A stretch of DNA of 32,321 bases, from assembly GCA_032718475.1 (NCBI GenBank), contig JAUCBJ010002042.1:1-32321 (forward strand), given 5' to 3'. The notes beneath the pieces are model-generated. The model was not told the DNA's origin. It made no database searches and saw only the letters and a program-made list of their open reading frames with translations. Shown here piece after piece: positions 1 to 11,171 of this stretch. This DNA comes from Nemertoderma westbladi (lineage: Eukaryota > Animalia > Xenacoelomorpha). Position 1 is the first letter of the stretch. Each line of letters begins with the position of its first letter. A program made the position numbers and the translations under genes.

Positions 1-5
1 ATTTC

Positions 6-200
6 CAGTTACGAATTTTAGTTCCTGGTTACAAATCTGTGTTCTTGGTTACAAATCAGTATATTTAGTTACATATATGAGCGAGCACCCTGTCGTAACT
101 TGATGTCCCTGGTTATGATTTGTTACAAATAGTTACAAATCTCAGCACCCAGTTACAAATTGAACTGCCCAGTTCCAAATACATGTAACCAGTAATAAAT
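6..200. repeat. Degenerate short repeat with a (CA/TG)GTTACAAAT core, probably truncated by the window edge
   Basis: GTTACAAAT-like core recurs about every 20 bp. Confidence 0.55.
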
Positions 201-639
201 CCAAGCAGCATGTGCAAATCGTAGTACCCATGAGCATATCAGATGTCTATTGTAATAGACATTCACATTCATTGAATCCAGGGCAAGAGTCTGTGTTGTA
301 TTCTGTGAAAGGAGCTATCAGCTGGGTAAAATGATTATTTACCTTTGGTCAGAGAGAGATCCCACTCTGTATTAATGTTTGCCTATAGTCTGCATGGAAA
401 TCTGACTGAGAGTAATCTTAGCCGTTAAATGTCATTCATCTATAACATATTTTGCAATCAATAGTGAGTAACCTGATATAGGTAATAAGCAGTGATTTTT
501 ACATTTCAAACTATAATGTTAGCCTATGGAGAATCATGAAGCTGAGTAAACATACAGCCTTTTAAACATACAGTCTCCATAGTTTAATGTTGGCCAAAAG
601 ATTTATAAATAAAACAATTATTATCAGATAAGAGTATCC

Positions 640-812
640 AACCAGTCATTCATACCAATTCCACCATTGCCACTATCATCTGCTGAAGCGAGGGCGAGTC
701 GCCAACCGCCCCCCATGTCCTTAATCAGAACCTCATCAGTATGTCCACCCTGCATTCCGTGCTCTTGAATACCCACTGCGCTAAGAGAAAGCTTATCTGC
801 CAAGGCAGTCAA
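640..812 (-). mobile_element. AP-endonuclease (EEP) fragment of a LINE
   Basis: LSAVGIQEH...SADDSGNGGIG matches the APE motifs xxQE and GG(V/I)G. Confidence 0.55.
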
Positions 813-959
813 CTCATCTTGTCGCAGTGGGGACCCAAGTGTTAGGGTATTTACTTGAGGCTAGTCTAGTGACTTGCCTCAGATTCACCAATGGCTTAGT
901 TGGTCGGGGTGGAACATGAGAGTAGCCTCCAACTCCAGAATCCCCCCCCCCCCCCCCCC

Positions 960-1430
960 CCCCCCCAGATAGGTATCTGGGAGTGTCTTTGTCGGATACT
1001 TGAGCATTCCATGGCCAAAGCCACAGGAGATTTTGTAACGGCAACGTGTGGTGCAGAACAGCGAACAGAAGGGCGTCAGTTGGCACATCAGCGGGTGTCG
1101 AGGCCGCAGTCCATATAATGACTGAGGTGTTTTTGGAAAGCAGTGAATGAAGACGGCTAGGGGTTCTCCTCGTCGATGCTTCGAATGCCTTTAACTGGTT
1201 AAACCAAACAGCTGTGCTATGGAATTGAGCCACGAACATTGTCTGTGAGCCGGGGGTGAGAGAGGGGCAGGGAGTCGACGGAGCCGCTGGCCTTCGGTGC
1301 GACGTGCGCATTCGGGAAGCTCTAAACGGACAGACCCAGGTGTTGATCGATATTAGAGTATTAAACCTTGACGCCGGGTCATACGTGGGTCGCTTCCCTA
1401 TGTCTGTCGATCGGCCAAAGACGATAAGAA
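960..1430 (+). mobile_element. CRE-like retrotransposon remnant: RT N-terminal part fused to the endonuclease part
   Basis: IGIWECLCRI...ATCGAEQ, GVEAAVHIM, VLLVDASNAFN (RT), followed directly by GLRCDVRIR...LIDIRVLNLDAGSY, which resembles the 19886-20215 peptide. Stops and frameshifts present. Confidence 0.72.
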
Positions 1431-1435
1431 GCGGC

Positions 1436-1861
1436 TCTATTTTGGCACTTAGAAGGATAAATTTAAGAGTTATCAAAAAAAGAAAGACAGGCATCTGGCT
1501 GTTATCTTTGTTGACTTCTTCAAGGCCTTTGATTCAGTCTCTCACTCACGTATGTTCAGCATACTTTCATTATATGGGATTCCTGATGAAATTATTGCAG
1601 CAATCAGATCAGTATACTATGGTTCGACAATATTCGTGTCTACTGTTGACGGTGACACAGAACCATTTGAAGTGTTATGAGGCGTCCTCCAGGGAGACAC
1701 ACTTGTACCATTATTGTTCCTAATTGTGGTTGATTATGTTCTACGCATGTCCTTAGGGGTGATGATAACTCCACTTACTGGCTCCAGAAGTCGAGGAAAT
1801 CCTGCCAAGTACCTAATTGATCTATAGCCTTTGCTGACGACTTAGGAGTACACTCAGAATC
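1436..1861 (+). mobile_element. RTE-like LINE RT fragment, same family as 30720-32055
   Basis: Aligns by eye to ~30853-31291 with high identity and small deletions. Confidence 0.9.
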
Positions 1862-2232
1862 GGTTTGCCATTCCACAGGGTGGGTGTCGCAGTGAAGTGC
1901 ACTCAGAGTGGACATGAGAACACTCTACTCATGACCGGCCATTGGTAGATCACCATCTACATTCTTACAATCATGTTTACTTTAGCGTTTCGCGTATATT
2001 CTAGAATACCTGCATCAGATAATTATATTATTAGATGTGTTAGAATGTTACAGTTTAAGAGCAGTATTTAATCTTCTTTTGATCTATTTGGACTACTTTA
2101 CATGTACTTATGATGATATTCTATACTTCCATAAATTGTGCTTTATTATTATAATATTCTAATGTATTTCATATGGACTTTGGCTAGAATTAAAAGCAAC
2201 ATAACATAACAAGTGCAACCTAATTGCCCTAC

Positions 2233-2419
2233 CATGAATGCGATTATCCCAGAAGGTGTCGAATCCAACATTGCACATATACCGTCGTTATCATTATAAT
2301 CAATGTGTTGCCATGGCACCTCTTGTTGATAATAATCGTCTTGGTCCCGTGTTAGTGTTAAACTAATAACCAGCTGGTGGAGTTTTTCGCTGCCATAATT
2401 TATATAAAATTGTTCGAAT
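2233..2419 (-). CDS. Myosin motor exon F (relay helix)
   Basis: GG+A gives Gly, then FEQFYINYGSEKLHQ...EVPWQHIDYNDNDGICAMLDSTPSGIIAFM; acceptor tttttcag|, donor ATG|gtaggg; 187 nt, phase 2 to 0. Confidence 0.92.
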
Positions 2420-2567
2420 CTGAAAAACAATAATATGAACCTCAGAGAAAAAATTCGCGCGGTCGCGAATTTATTCCTTCGAATCAATTTATCTTTAGAT
2501 TTAAAATATAAAAAAAAAAAAAACTATTTTAATGGCGAACTCTGGACAAGATTTTTCTTTCTCTCAC

Positions 2568-4137
2568 TGTTTTGGGGGATTCTCACCAAAAGAGCCCCAA
2601 ACATTGTGGGGGATTCTCACCAAAAGAGCCCCAAACATTGTGGGGGATTCTCACCAAAAGAGCCCCAAACATTGTGGGGGATTCTCACCAAAAGAGCCCC
2701 AAACATTGTGGGGGATTCTCACCAAAAGAGCCCCAAACATTGTGGGGGATTCTCACCAAAAGAGCCCCAAACATTGTGGGGGATTCTCACCAAAAGAGCC
2801 CCAAACATTGTGGGGGATTCTCACCAAAAGAGCCCCAAACATTGTGGGGGATTCTCACCAAAAGAGCCCCAAACATTGTGGGGGATTCTCACCAAAAGAG
2901 CCCCAAACATTGTGGGGGATTCTCACCAAAAGAGCCCCAAACATTGTGGGGGATTCTCACCAAAAGAGCCCCAAACATTGTGGGGGATTCTCACCAAAAG
3001 AGCCCCAAACATTGTGGGGGATTCTCACCAAAAGAGCCCCAAACATTGTGGGGGATTCTCACCAAAAGAGCCCCAAACATTGTGGGGGATTCTCACCAAA
3101 AGAGCCCCAAACATTGTGGGGGATTCTCACCAAAAGAGCCCCAAACATTGTGGGGGATTCTCACCAAAAGAGCCCCAAACATTGTGGGGGATTCTCACCA
3201 AAAGAGCCCCAAACATTGTGGGGGATTCTCACCAAAAGAGCCCCAAACATTGTGGGGGATTCTCACCAAAAGAGCCCCAAACATTGTGGGGGATTCTCAC
3301 CAAAAGAGCCCCAAACATTGTGGGGGATTCTCACCAAAAGAGCCCCAAACAATGTGGGGGATTCTCACCAAAAGAGCCCCAAACAATGTGGGGGATTCTC
3401 ACCAAAAGAGCCCCAAACATTGTGGGGGATTCTCACCAAAAGAGCCCCAAACATTGTGGGGGATTCTCACCAAAAGAGCCCCAAACATTGTGGGGGATTC
3501 TCACCAAAAGAGCCCCAAACATTGTGGGGGATTCTCACCAAAAGAGCCCCAAACATTGTGGGGGATTCTCACCAAAAGAGCCCCAAACATTGTGGGGGAT
3601 TCTCACCAAAAGAGCCCCAAACATTGTGGGGGATTCTCACCAAAAGAGCCCCAAACATTGTGGGGGATTCTCACCAAAAGAGCCCCAAACATTGTGGGGG
3701 ATTCTCACCAAAAGAGCCCCAAACATTGTGGGGGATTCTCACCAAAAGAGCCCCAAACATTGTGGGGGATTCTCACCAAAAGAGCCCCAAACATTGTGGG
3801 GGATTCTCACCAAAAGAGCCCCAAACATTGTGGGGGATTCTCACCAAAAGAGCCCCAAACATTGTGGGGGATTCTCACCAAAAGTGCCCCAAACATTGTG
3901 GGGGATTCTCACCAAAAGAGCCCCAAACATTGTGGGGGATTCTCACCAAAAGAGCCCCAAACATTGTGGGGGATTCTCACCAAAAGAGCCCCAAACATTG
4001 TGGGGGATTCTCACCAAAAGAGCCCCAAACATTTTGGGGGATTCTCACCAAAAGTGCCCCAAACATTGTGGGGGATTCTCACCAAAAGAGCCCCAAACAT
4101 TGTGGGGGATTCTCACCAAAAGAGCCCCAAACATTGT
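2568..4137. repeat. 34-bp minisatellite, ~46 near-identical copies
   Basis: Unit TGTGGGGGATTCTCACCAAAAGAGCCCCAAACAT; few variants (near 3351, 3385, 3885, 4034, 4055); internal dyad GGGG..CTC/GAG.CCCC. Confidence 0.98.
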
Positions 4138-4769
4138 CCAGACTTCGTTCAGTGCCTAAAATGTTGGAAGTTCGACAAAAACCAAGTTTCATACAATGGG
4201 AAATTTTATCTCCAATTTCGTCAACATTTTTGCGCAAATTGCAGACAATATATTATGGATCATAAAAATTTATTTATATGTTAAAAAATGGCTGTTTGGA
4301 AGTAAAGTCCAGGTTATATTTTTAATTGTTGATGGAACATTTTTCTACCTATACAGCTACACCACATACATCACCAGAAACAGGAAATAGTTCTGCTCAT
4401 GATACAATATGGTCCGCTGGGTGTCTACAGATTTTGCCGTATTTCGCTTCCTTCATGTAATGTTATCCAAAAACGAACTTCCATTGTGGATGAGCTAGCG
4501 ATTTAAAGTTTTCCTGAATTTAAACTACTCAACTACTGTAAAACAAATTAGGACCGTATTGCTAATTGCAACACATTTATATCAATATGAATTAAATTAT
4601 AGCTAGGTATGGCGGACACGATGATTCGTCCTTCATGTAAAAGGTCATATTATTATTATTTGTAAAATCTTACTTTTTGAGGTAAATAGTAAATGTTTAT
4701 CGTAATCGTCACCTCATTGCACATCCAATTAGGTATAATAATACAAAAATTCGTTAGCTGTGAAAGAAT

Positions 4770-5455
4770 TTAACTTTGAAAGTCCTCAGCAAATCTCTGG
4801 ATCGGATGAGCATAAACTTAAAGTATGGTATGCTTGAGCATGAGGACGACTTCTGTTACCTGGTATCATGGATCCGGTAGTCAGGTGAGGACCTTCGAAT
4901 ACGTAAAGTAAAGAACGGCATGGGCAGCATTGAATGGGGTTTCTAGATTTGTAAATCACACAGAATTCATCGGAAACTTAAGGTCTGATTATTTAGAGCA
5001 GCAGTAGTATTCCTATATGGCAGTCCATGCTGGGATCTAACTGCTGAAGACACCAAATCTCCGGATGGCACATTCTAGAATGCTATTTTATTCGTTGGCG
5101 TTCACTGTGTCAAGTACAATACACACATCTCAAACCAGACACTATTGTAACATTGGAGGTAAATCATTGGTTCCCCCCAAGCTTGACACTAGAACAAAGC
5201 AGTCCGCGCTTTGCAGGACAATGTTTTCGCCGCGAGGCCCAGGCTGTGCACAATCTTGTGCTTTCGCAGCCCCATGGAGAAAATAATGGTGGACAGGCCC
5301 AGGACTTTCGCGAAACGCCTCCTAAAGGACACTGGCCTTGAAGATGCGACTAATCTCGCGAAAGTCATGGCGGATAGGGAGTTGTGGCGGTGCAACTTTG
5401 TTGATAAGCCGGCATAGCATTCTTAATGCGCGCTGCATTGGGCTTGCCAATTGTG
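4770..5455 (+). mobile_element. RTE-like LINE 3' fragment, same family
   Basis: Aligns by eye to ~31391-32055 (TTAACTTTGAAAGTCCTCAGCAA ... LLKDTGLEDA..LA.VM.DRELW.CNFVDKPA). Confidence 0.9.
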
Positions 5456-6100
5456 GATTGCATGGTGTTGACAAAATGTTTTTGTTAAGCTGACATAGCA
5501 TCACAATGTGCAGTTTCAATGTAGCAGGCCGATTATAGTAGTAGTAGGTGAAAGAATTACACGCATTGGACGAGATCATGCGCCCATTCATGTAACGCGT
5601 CCGCATAACATGAACATTAAGTAGAGTGATTCAATCTCTGTCTGGTATGGAAGGATTCTAGCCTCTGGTCCCACAGTTAAGTGCAGTTCTGGAGTACATT
5701 GTATGTTTATCCCGTGGTACTGATCACAGGACAGGGTGTGAGGGGGTCAGTGCAGCTAGTAGTGTATGTAGTACCTGTGGTAAAGCCTGTGGTTATAGGT
5801 CTGTATGTTATAGGCTGTTTGGTGGTGGTGCAGTTTAACTGTTTGTTGTTGTTTAAGTTTTTAAATTTCCCGCGTTTCTGTAATTACTGTCTTTAATTGT
5901 TTTGTTATAGTGTCTCTGTTTGTATTTAGTGTTTGTATTTCTGAAGAGGTTTTTTAATATTTTGTGAATAAATGAGGCTTGTAAAGTTAAAAAAAAAACC
6001 TGTGGTAAAGCCAGTACCCAACTGTACTTGACTGTCTTTGTTTGTGTATCTTCCTTATATCTCGTGTATCCTTTTTGTGGATTGTGACAAATATTTTATT

Positions 6101-6845
6101 AACTACTACACAAAGTACAGTAGTTGCTTCGGCGCAGCTGAAGTAGTACTCTCATTATTCTAGTGTTTAGTCTAGTATTCTAACTAAACATGTTGTAGGG
6201 CCTTCACACATCATGAGAGCTTAGATAAGAAAGTGTAAAAATCTCCAATAGATGTACTAAAACCGCCTTTCCATAAATATCAAATAAGTTATTTGTTCAG
6301 TTTGCCCTTTCAAGCATTAATTGCAATTAATAAAGCTACTAGCTAGTTCACCCTCTAGCGGCTAACTTTAGAAGTAAAGATGGAGCAGCGTCCCATAAAG
6401 ACGCAGACAATTTTCTAGTGCAAATATCCCAAGTTTCATCTTAACCGGATTAAAATCAAAGAGACGGGTGAAGGTTTTCATCTTCAGAGAATTCGCCCTC
6501 TAGCGGCAGACCAGATAACTGCAGACAAATGAGCCTCCTTTGAAAGACAGCTGATAGTCTAGTACATATCTGCCAAGTTTCAGCTGGAACTGATTAAAAG
6601 CAATAAAATAAGACGACATATATTGTTTAGATATGTAGCCCCTAGCGGCCGATAGGCAAACTGTAGAAATCTGTCCGATGTAAACTTTCTAAACATTTTT
6701 CCTAGATCAGTCCAACATAGTTGTAGCTTAAGAAACTGGAGAGTTCCCGATAACAATTAAGCTTTAAAACATTAGACCGAAAGACAGACAGATATTCGGT
6801 TGAGATAGTGGTACACGCATGCTAAGTTTGATTACTACTAAAGTG
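6101..6845 (+). mobile_element. Possible non-autonomous Helentron/DINE-like element
   Basis: Internal modules CCCTCTAGCGGC (x3, one degenerate) and CCAAGTTTCA (x2), and a GACAGACAGA microsatellite near the right end. Classification is by pattern resemblance only. Confidence 0.35.
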
Positions 6846-7548
6846 GCTCACACTAATTTGTATTGTAAATTAAATATAATATTCATATTTGATAAGAAAT
6901 ATCAGAAAATAATAAAGAATAGGACCAAACTGTAACTGAGGTGCGCTTGGAATTAATATGGATGGGGTAATTTTTCAATTCATTTTGACTTAAAATTTAT
7001 GCCATAATCATCGTTTTGTTAAAATAACAGTTGGGGGGGGGGGGGGGGGGGACTGTTGGATACACTATACCGTAGTATAATTTTAGCGTTACATGAATGG
7101 ATTATTCGTTACATGAAGGACAGTTTGTTAAACACTCCTAAATTGCCCGTTACATGACCGAACATTTCTGTTACAAGAAAGGACGCGCTCTTTCAATCCT
7201 ACTTGTTTATCTGCATGTCTCTAAAAGGGCTTGGCAACTACCAACTTACTTTCTGTTCGTCTCAGAAAGACCTTTCCAATGATATGTAGTTTTACATATA
7301 TCTGAGAACTTTTTTTGTTCTTTTACTGTTTAAATTCTTTTTTTTTTTGTAAAAAATACATGGTGTAGAATATCTTTATTTCGGTCAACTTTTTAATTGA
7401 CTTAACAACTTCCCTGGCCCCTTTGCGGGGCTGGAACCCATGACGTGTGAATTCAAGGCGAAGAAACAATTTGAGTTCAGGAACTAAAGTAATATCCGCA
7501 AAACAATATTTTCGTTCACTATATCTCAGTATCGTTTCTGAAACTCAC

Positions 7549-7739
7549 CCGTTTGTTTCTGTATTCTCGAATCCGTACATATCAAGAAGGCCAATAGCTT
7601 TTAATCGACCAACATCCTCGCCACAATTGAGGAATTCATTTACTTTTTCCACAATCCAATGAAATGTTCGATTATAAACAGCCTTGGTGATAGAATCCCT
7701 AGCAGACACAGCCGCATCCAAATTTAAAGGTGTTTTAAC
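7549..7739 (-). CDS. Myosin motor exon E (switch II)
   Basis: VKTPLNLDAAVSARDSITKAVYNRTFHWIVEKVN...IGLLDMYGFENTETN-GG; donor GG|gtgagt; 191 nt, phase 0 to 2. Missed by the ORF track. Confidence 0.93.
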
Positions 7740-7923
7740 CTAATCCAAAAAATAAAAACAATATAATTACGATTACATATAATCATTTAGTGATGAACCC
7801 TCAGTTGTTAACTCTTTTCCATCCCCACCACCTTTCTACCCCCAACCTGTGTGACTGACTACCCACACTCCACTTGTACCACAATCATCAGCCCAAATCC
7901 TTTTACTTTCACTTTCTCATTAC

Positions 7924-8106
7924 CTTTCCTTCTCCAGTACCGGTCGTCCTATATAGAAGGGAACTTTGTAAATCCGAAAAAGATGAACCCAACAACATCG
8001 CTGCGTAACCAAGTGGCTGCTCGTCAACTATTCGAACTACATCGTTGTCGTTGATGAACTCAATGTTACCGAGATGTAAGACAGCCGCCACGCAAGATAG
8101 AAGATC
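7924..8106 (-). CDS. Myosin motor exon D
   Basis: DLLSCVAAVLHLGNIEF...LLYRTTGTGEGK (LHLGN motif); acceptor ttttag|, donor AAG|gtaatg; 183 nt, phase 0 to 0. Confidence 0.93.
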
Positions 8107-8183
8107 CTAAAACAATGACATCAATAGAAGTATCAAGGAAACTCTACCAATTAGCAATTACCAATATGGTTACTCTTACTATG

Positions 8184-10290
8184 CTGCCGTCTTAAGGCAG
8201 AATGCCCTATCTCAAACGTTTAAATCCGTTTAAATCCTTTTTTTTGTCCTTTTTTTTACTTTTTATGTCCTCCAAAAATCTACCGTTAGGTTCCTTGCTA
8301 CCGGTTTCTCTACTGCTGTTCTCTTAGGCTATAAGTACCGGTATTAGTATATATAGAGCACTATTTTGCAGTATTGCATTGTATGTAAGTATAAAGCATA
8401 TGCCTTAGAAATAATTATACTGTCTGACTGTATTATACTACATTACAGCATTAGGTACTGACTCACTGATACTGTGATATGTACAGTTGTAAATATGATA
8501 GGCCTAATTGCTCAATTGTGATAAGTCCATAAGTCGTTTTGTTTTATTCACTGTTCAACTTTCTCCTGTTTTATTATGTGCAGTTTTATTTATACGCTTC
8601 TATGACAGAGGGGTCTCCACCCACATAATATAATAATAATAATGATAAAGGTAATTTATTAATTACGGTAATTTCAGAATTTTAGTACCGGTACCGGTTT
8701 TACATAGTTTATTGTTATGTTCATGACATAGTTTATTGTTTTGGTTAGAAAATCCCGCCTCTGTAACATGCTCCTTTCCCTGATTTGGTAAAGTGGCCGT
8801 TTATTGTTTTGGTTAGAAAATCCCGCCTCTGTAACCTGCTCCTTTCCCTGATTCGGTAAAGTGACCGTTTATTGTTTTGGTTAGAAAGGCCTGCCTCTGT
8901 AACCTGCTCCTTTCCTTCATTTGGTATAGTGACTGTTTATTGTTTTGGTTAGAAAATCCCGCATCTGTATGTAACCCGCCCATTTCCCTCAATTAGTTAA
9001 ATGATCGTTTATTGTTTTAGTTAGAAAATCCCGCCTCTGTAACCTGCTCCTTTCCCTGATTTGGTAAAGTGATCGTTTATTGTTCTGGTTGGAAAAGCCC
9101 GCATCTTTAACCTGCTCCTTTCCCTCAATTGGTAATGTTATCGTTTATTGTTTTGGTTAGAAAAGACCATCTATGTAACCTGCTCCTTTCCTTCATTTGG
9201 TAAAGTGATTGTTTATTGTTTTGGTTAGAAAATCCCGCCTCTATAACCTGCTCCTTTCCCTGATTTGGTCAAGTGACCGTTTATTGTTTTGGTTAGAAAG
9301 GCTAGCCTCTGTAACCTGCTCCTTTCCTTCATTTGGTAAAGTGACTGTTTATTGTTTTGGTTAGAAAATCCGGCCTTAACCTGCTCCTTTCCATCAATTG
9401 GTAATTGTTTTTGGCTATAAAATGAGTGTTTTGCTACGTCATGTGGTAATCGATTATCGACAACAACCACAAACTATTAAATTTAGAGTCTTTTACCACA
9501 GGCGCATATGGAAATCTAGCTCATAGTCTATAAATCATGGAATTTTGAATGTTTTGGCACAGACATAGTGAAACCAACTGTCCGACAGACCAGAAATCAA
9601 CAAATTTTGAATGTTTTGGCATAGGCATGTTGAAATCAACTGTCTGACAGTCCAGAAATCAGCAGTCTGACAGTTTGAAGAAATACATACATAAAAAGTC
9701 ATTATAAAAGGACAATAAAAGTCATTAAAGGGACAACAAAAGTCATTATGCACAATTCGTTAAAAAAGGAGAACAAAAAAAGTCAAATAAAAGGACATAA
9801 AAAATCACTGTCCTTTATATTCATGGAATGGTAACCATGATGACGTTACCAGGCAACCAATTATACAGAAATTATCAGCTGTTTATCTCATGTTTTTGAA
9901 TTATGATTTGCATTATTTACCAAAACCCAACCCTTAACTACAAAATTCCAAGTATAATTTCCACCCTGCAGTATTATTATTTGAAGATATTAAACTATTT
10001 GACTCGAACCTTGATAGACCAAACACCCTATATAAACGTTCAGGTTCATTTGTCTCCAACATTTTCGAGGCAAAACACCCTATAAAAACTTTTCAGCATT
10101 TTTTAAGCTCCCAAATTACAAAAGTTGTGTATCTCGCATTTGAAATTCTAAGTTAGTATATTTGGGTGATTTGCAGTTCAAATTCTGGTATCCAGGCAGC
10201 TGTATAACAAACTTGTAGAAGGAAACGCGTTTCGTTAAATTACTCAAAACACGATTTTTGGAGATAGGGTATTTTGCCTTAAGACGGCAG
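8184..10290. mobile_element. Non-autonomous TIR DNA element filling most of myosin intron C-D
   Basis: Left CTGCCGTCTTAAGGCAGAATGCCCTATCTC versus right GAGATAGGGTATTTTGCCTTAAGACGGCAG (30 bp, 2 mismatches). Flanks TG/TA suggest a mutated TA TSD (Tc1/mariner-like; inference). Confidence 0.75.
8731..9412. repeat. ~68-bp tandem repeat, ~10 diverged copies
   Basis: Unit GTTTATTGTTTTGGTTAGAAAATCCCGCCTCTGTAACCTGCTCCTTTCCCTGATTTGGTAAAGTGACC, starting at 8731, 8799 and onward. Confidence 0.95.
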
Positions 10291-10305
10291 TATGGTTACA
10301 CCCAC

Positions 10306-10566
10306 CTTTATTCCCGAATTGCTGAAGTTCAACTCAGAACAGACTTCTATAACTTGGTTGATATCGCTTCTACAATCTTTGTGGTGCCCCCGGGTTATGG
10401 CGTAGTCATCGACGTTGGGGGTTAGATTCAAGGCTTCTAACTGCTCGTCTCCTGAACCGAGAATTACTTGATAGAATATATGGAAGTTTAGAGTACCTTC
10501 CAGTCTGTGAGTCACTCTGGTCTTCTCTAACTGGAAGGTTTGTAATCGACCACCAAGCGGTGTTCC
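10306..10566 (-). CDS. Myosin motor exon C
   Basis: GTPLGGRLQTFQLEKTRVTHRLEGTLNFHIFYQVILG...NSGIK, matching the LEKSRV and NFHIFY motifs; acceptor aaccag|, donor AAG|gtgggt; 261 nt, phase 0 to 0. Confidence 0.93.
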
Positions 10567-11171
10567 CTGGTTACAATATAATATTTAGAATATGTAGTGG
10601 TGTGGTAGTGGTAGTAAACCACACAAGGGTCGGGGGGTCTTAGGGAGCCACGTGTTAATGAATGTTTTATTTAATGTAAAAAAAGAGCTCACTTCCTTGT
10701 ATTTGGTTTAACGAAACGACACTATAAGGTTGAAGAATACCTGCGCTGGGGCTGGTGCAATATCGCCGTGTAGACACCCTTTTCAAACGCTTGTAGGTAA
10801 AGAATGAAAGCGAAAATAATAATTCTGCTTCACCCAACAAGGTCATGCCATTTCATTAAAGATTTGTAGAAAACTGGGGGTTTGGTATCTGAATAACGAC
10901 ACTACATTCCAGCAGGACATGGTGTATATTATGTTGTGTTGGTGTTTATACGGAAAACAATAAGTATAAAAACACGGTCCTTGAATAGCCGCCATTTCAC
11001 AGGATAAATGTAGTTGTTACTGTATATTATCCATCCAAATAAGAAATAAGTTGCCTTTGTTGGGGAAAAAAATATGCCTTTATATTATTTCCATCCATAT
11101 TTTAGTAGAATAAATTATATAGTAAAGATGTAAAGTTTGTTAAAAGGTTTGTTTGCCTAAATATCTATAGT

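Noticed and set aside
624-812. Next myosin exon after exon F
   Set aside because: Lacks the expected DEE motif and matches LINE AP-endonuclease motifs instead.
2568-4137. CRISPR array (34-bp palindromic repeat)
   Set aside because: No unique spacers, no cas genes, and a spliced eukaryotic context. The same applies to the 29-bp array at 11172-14359.
2435-4284. Three 570-577 aa ORFs
   Set aside because: Artefact of a stop-free 34-bp unit cycling through frames; all three give the same 34-aa repeat and lie antisense in a myosin intron.
5941-5990. CTGAAGA as another hammerhead core
   Set aside because: No stem II followed by GAAA. Other CTGANGA hits lie in LINE coding remnants or lack the fold.
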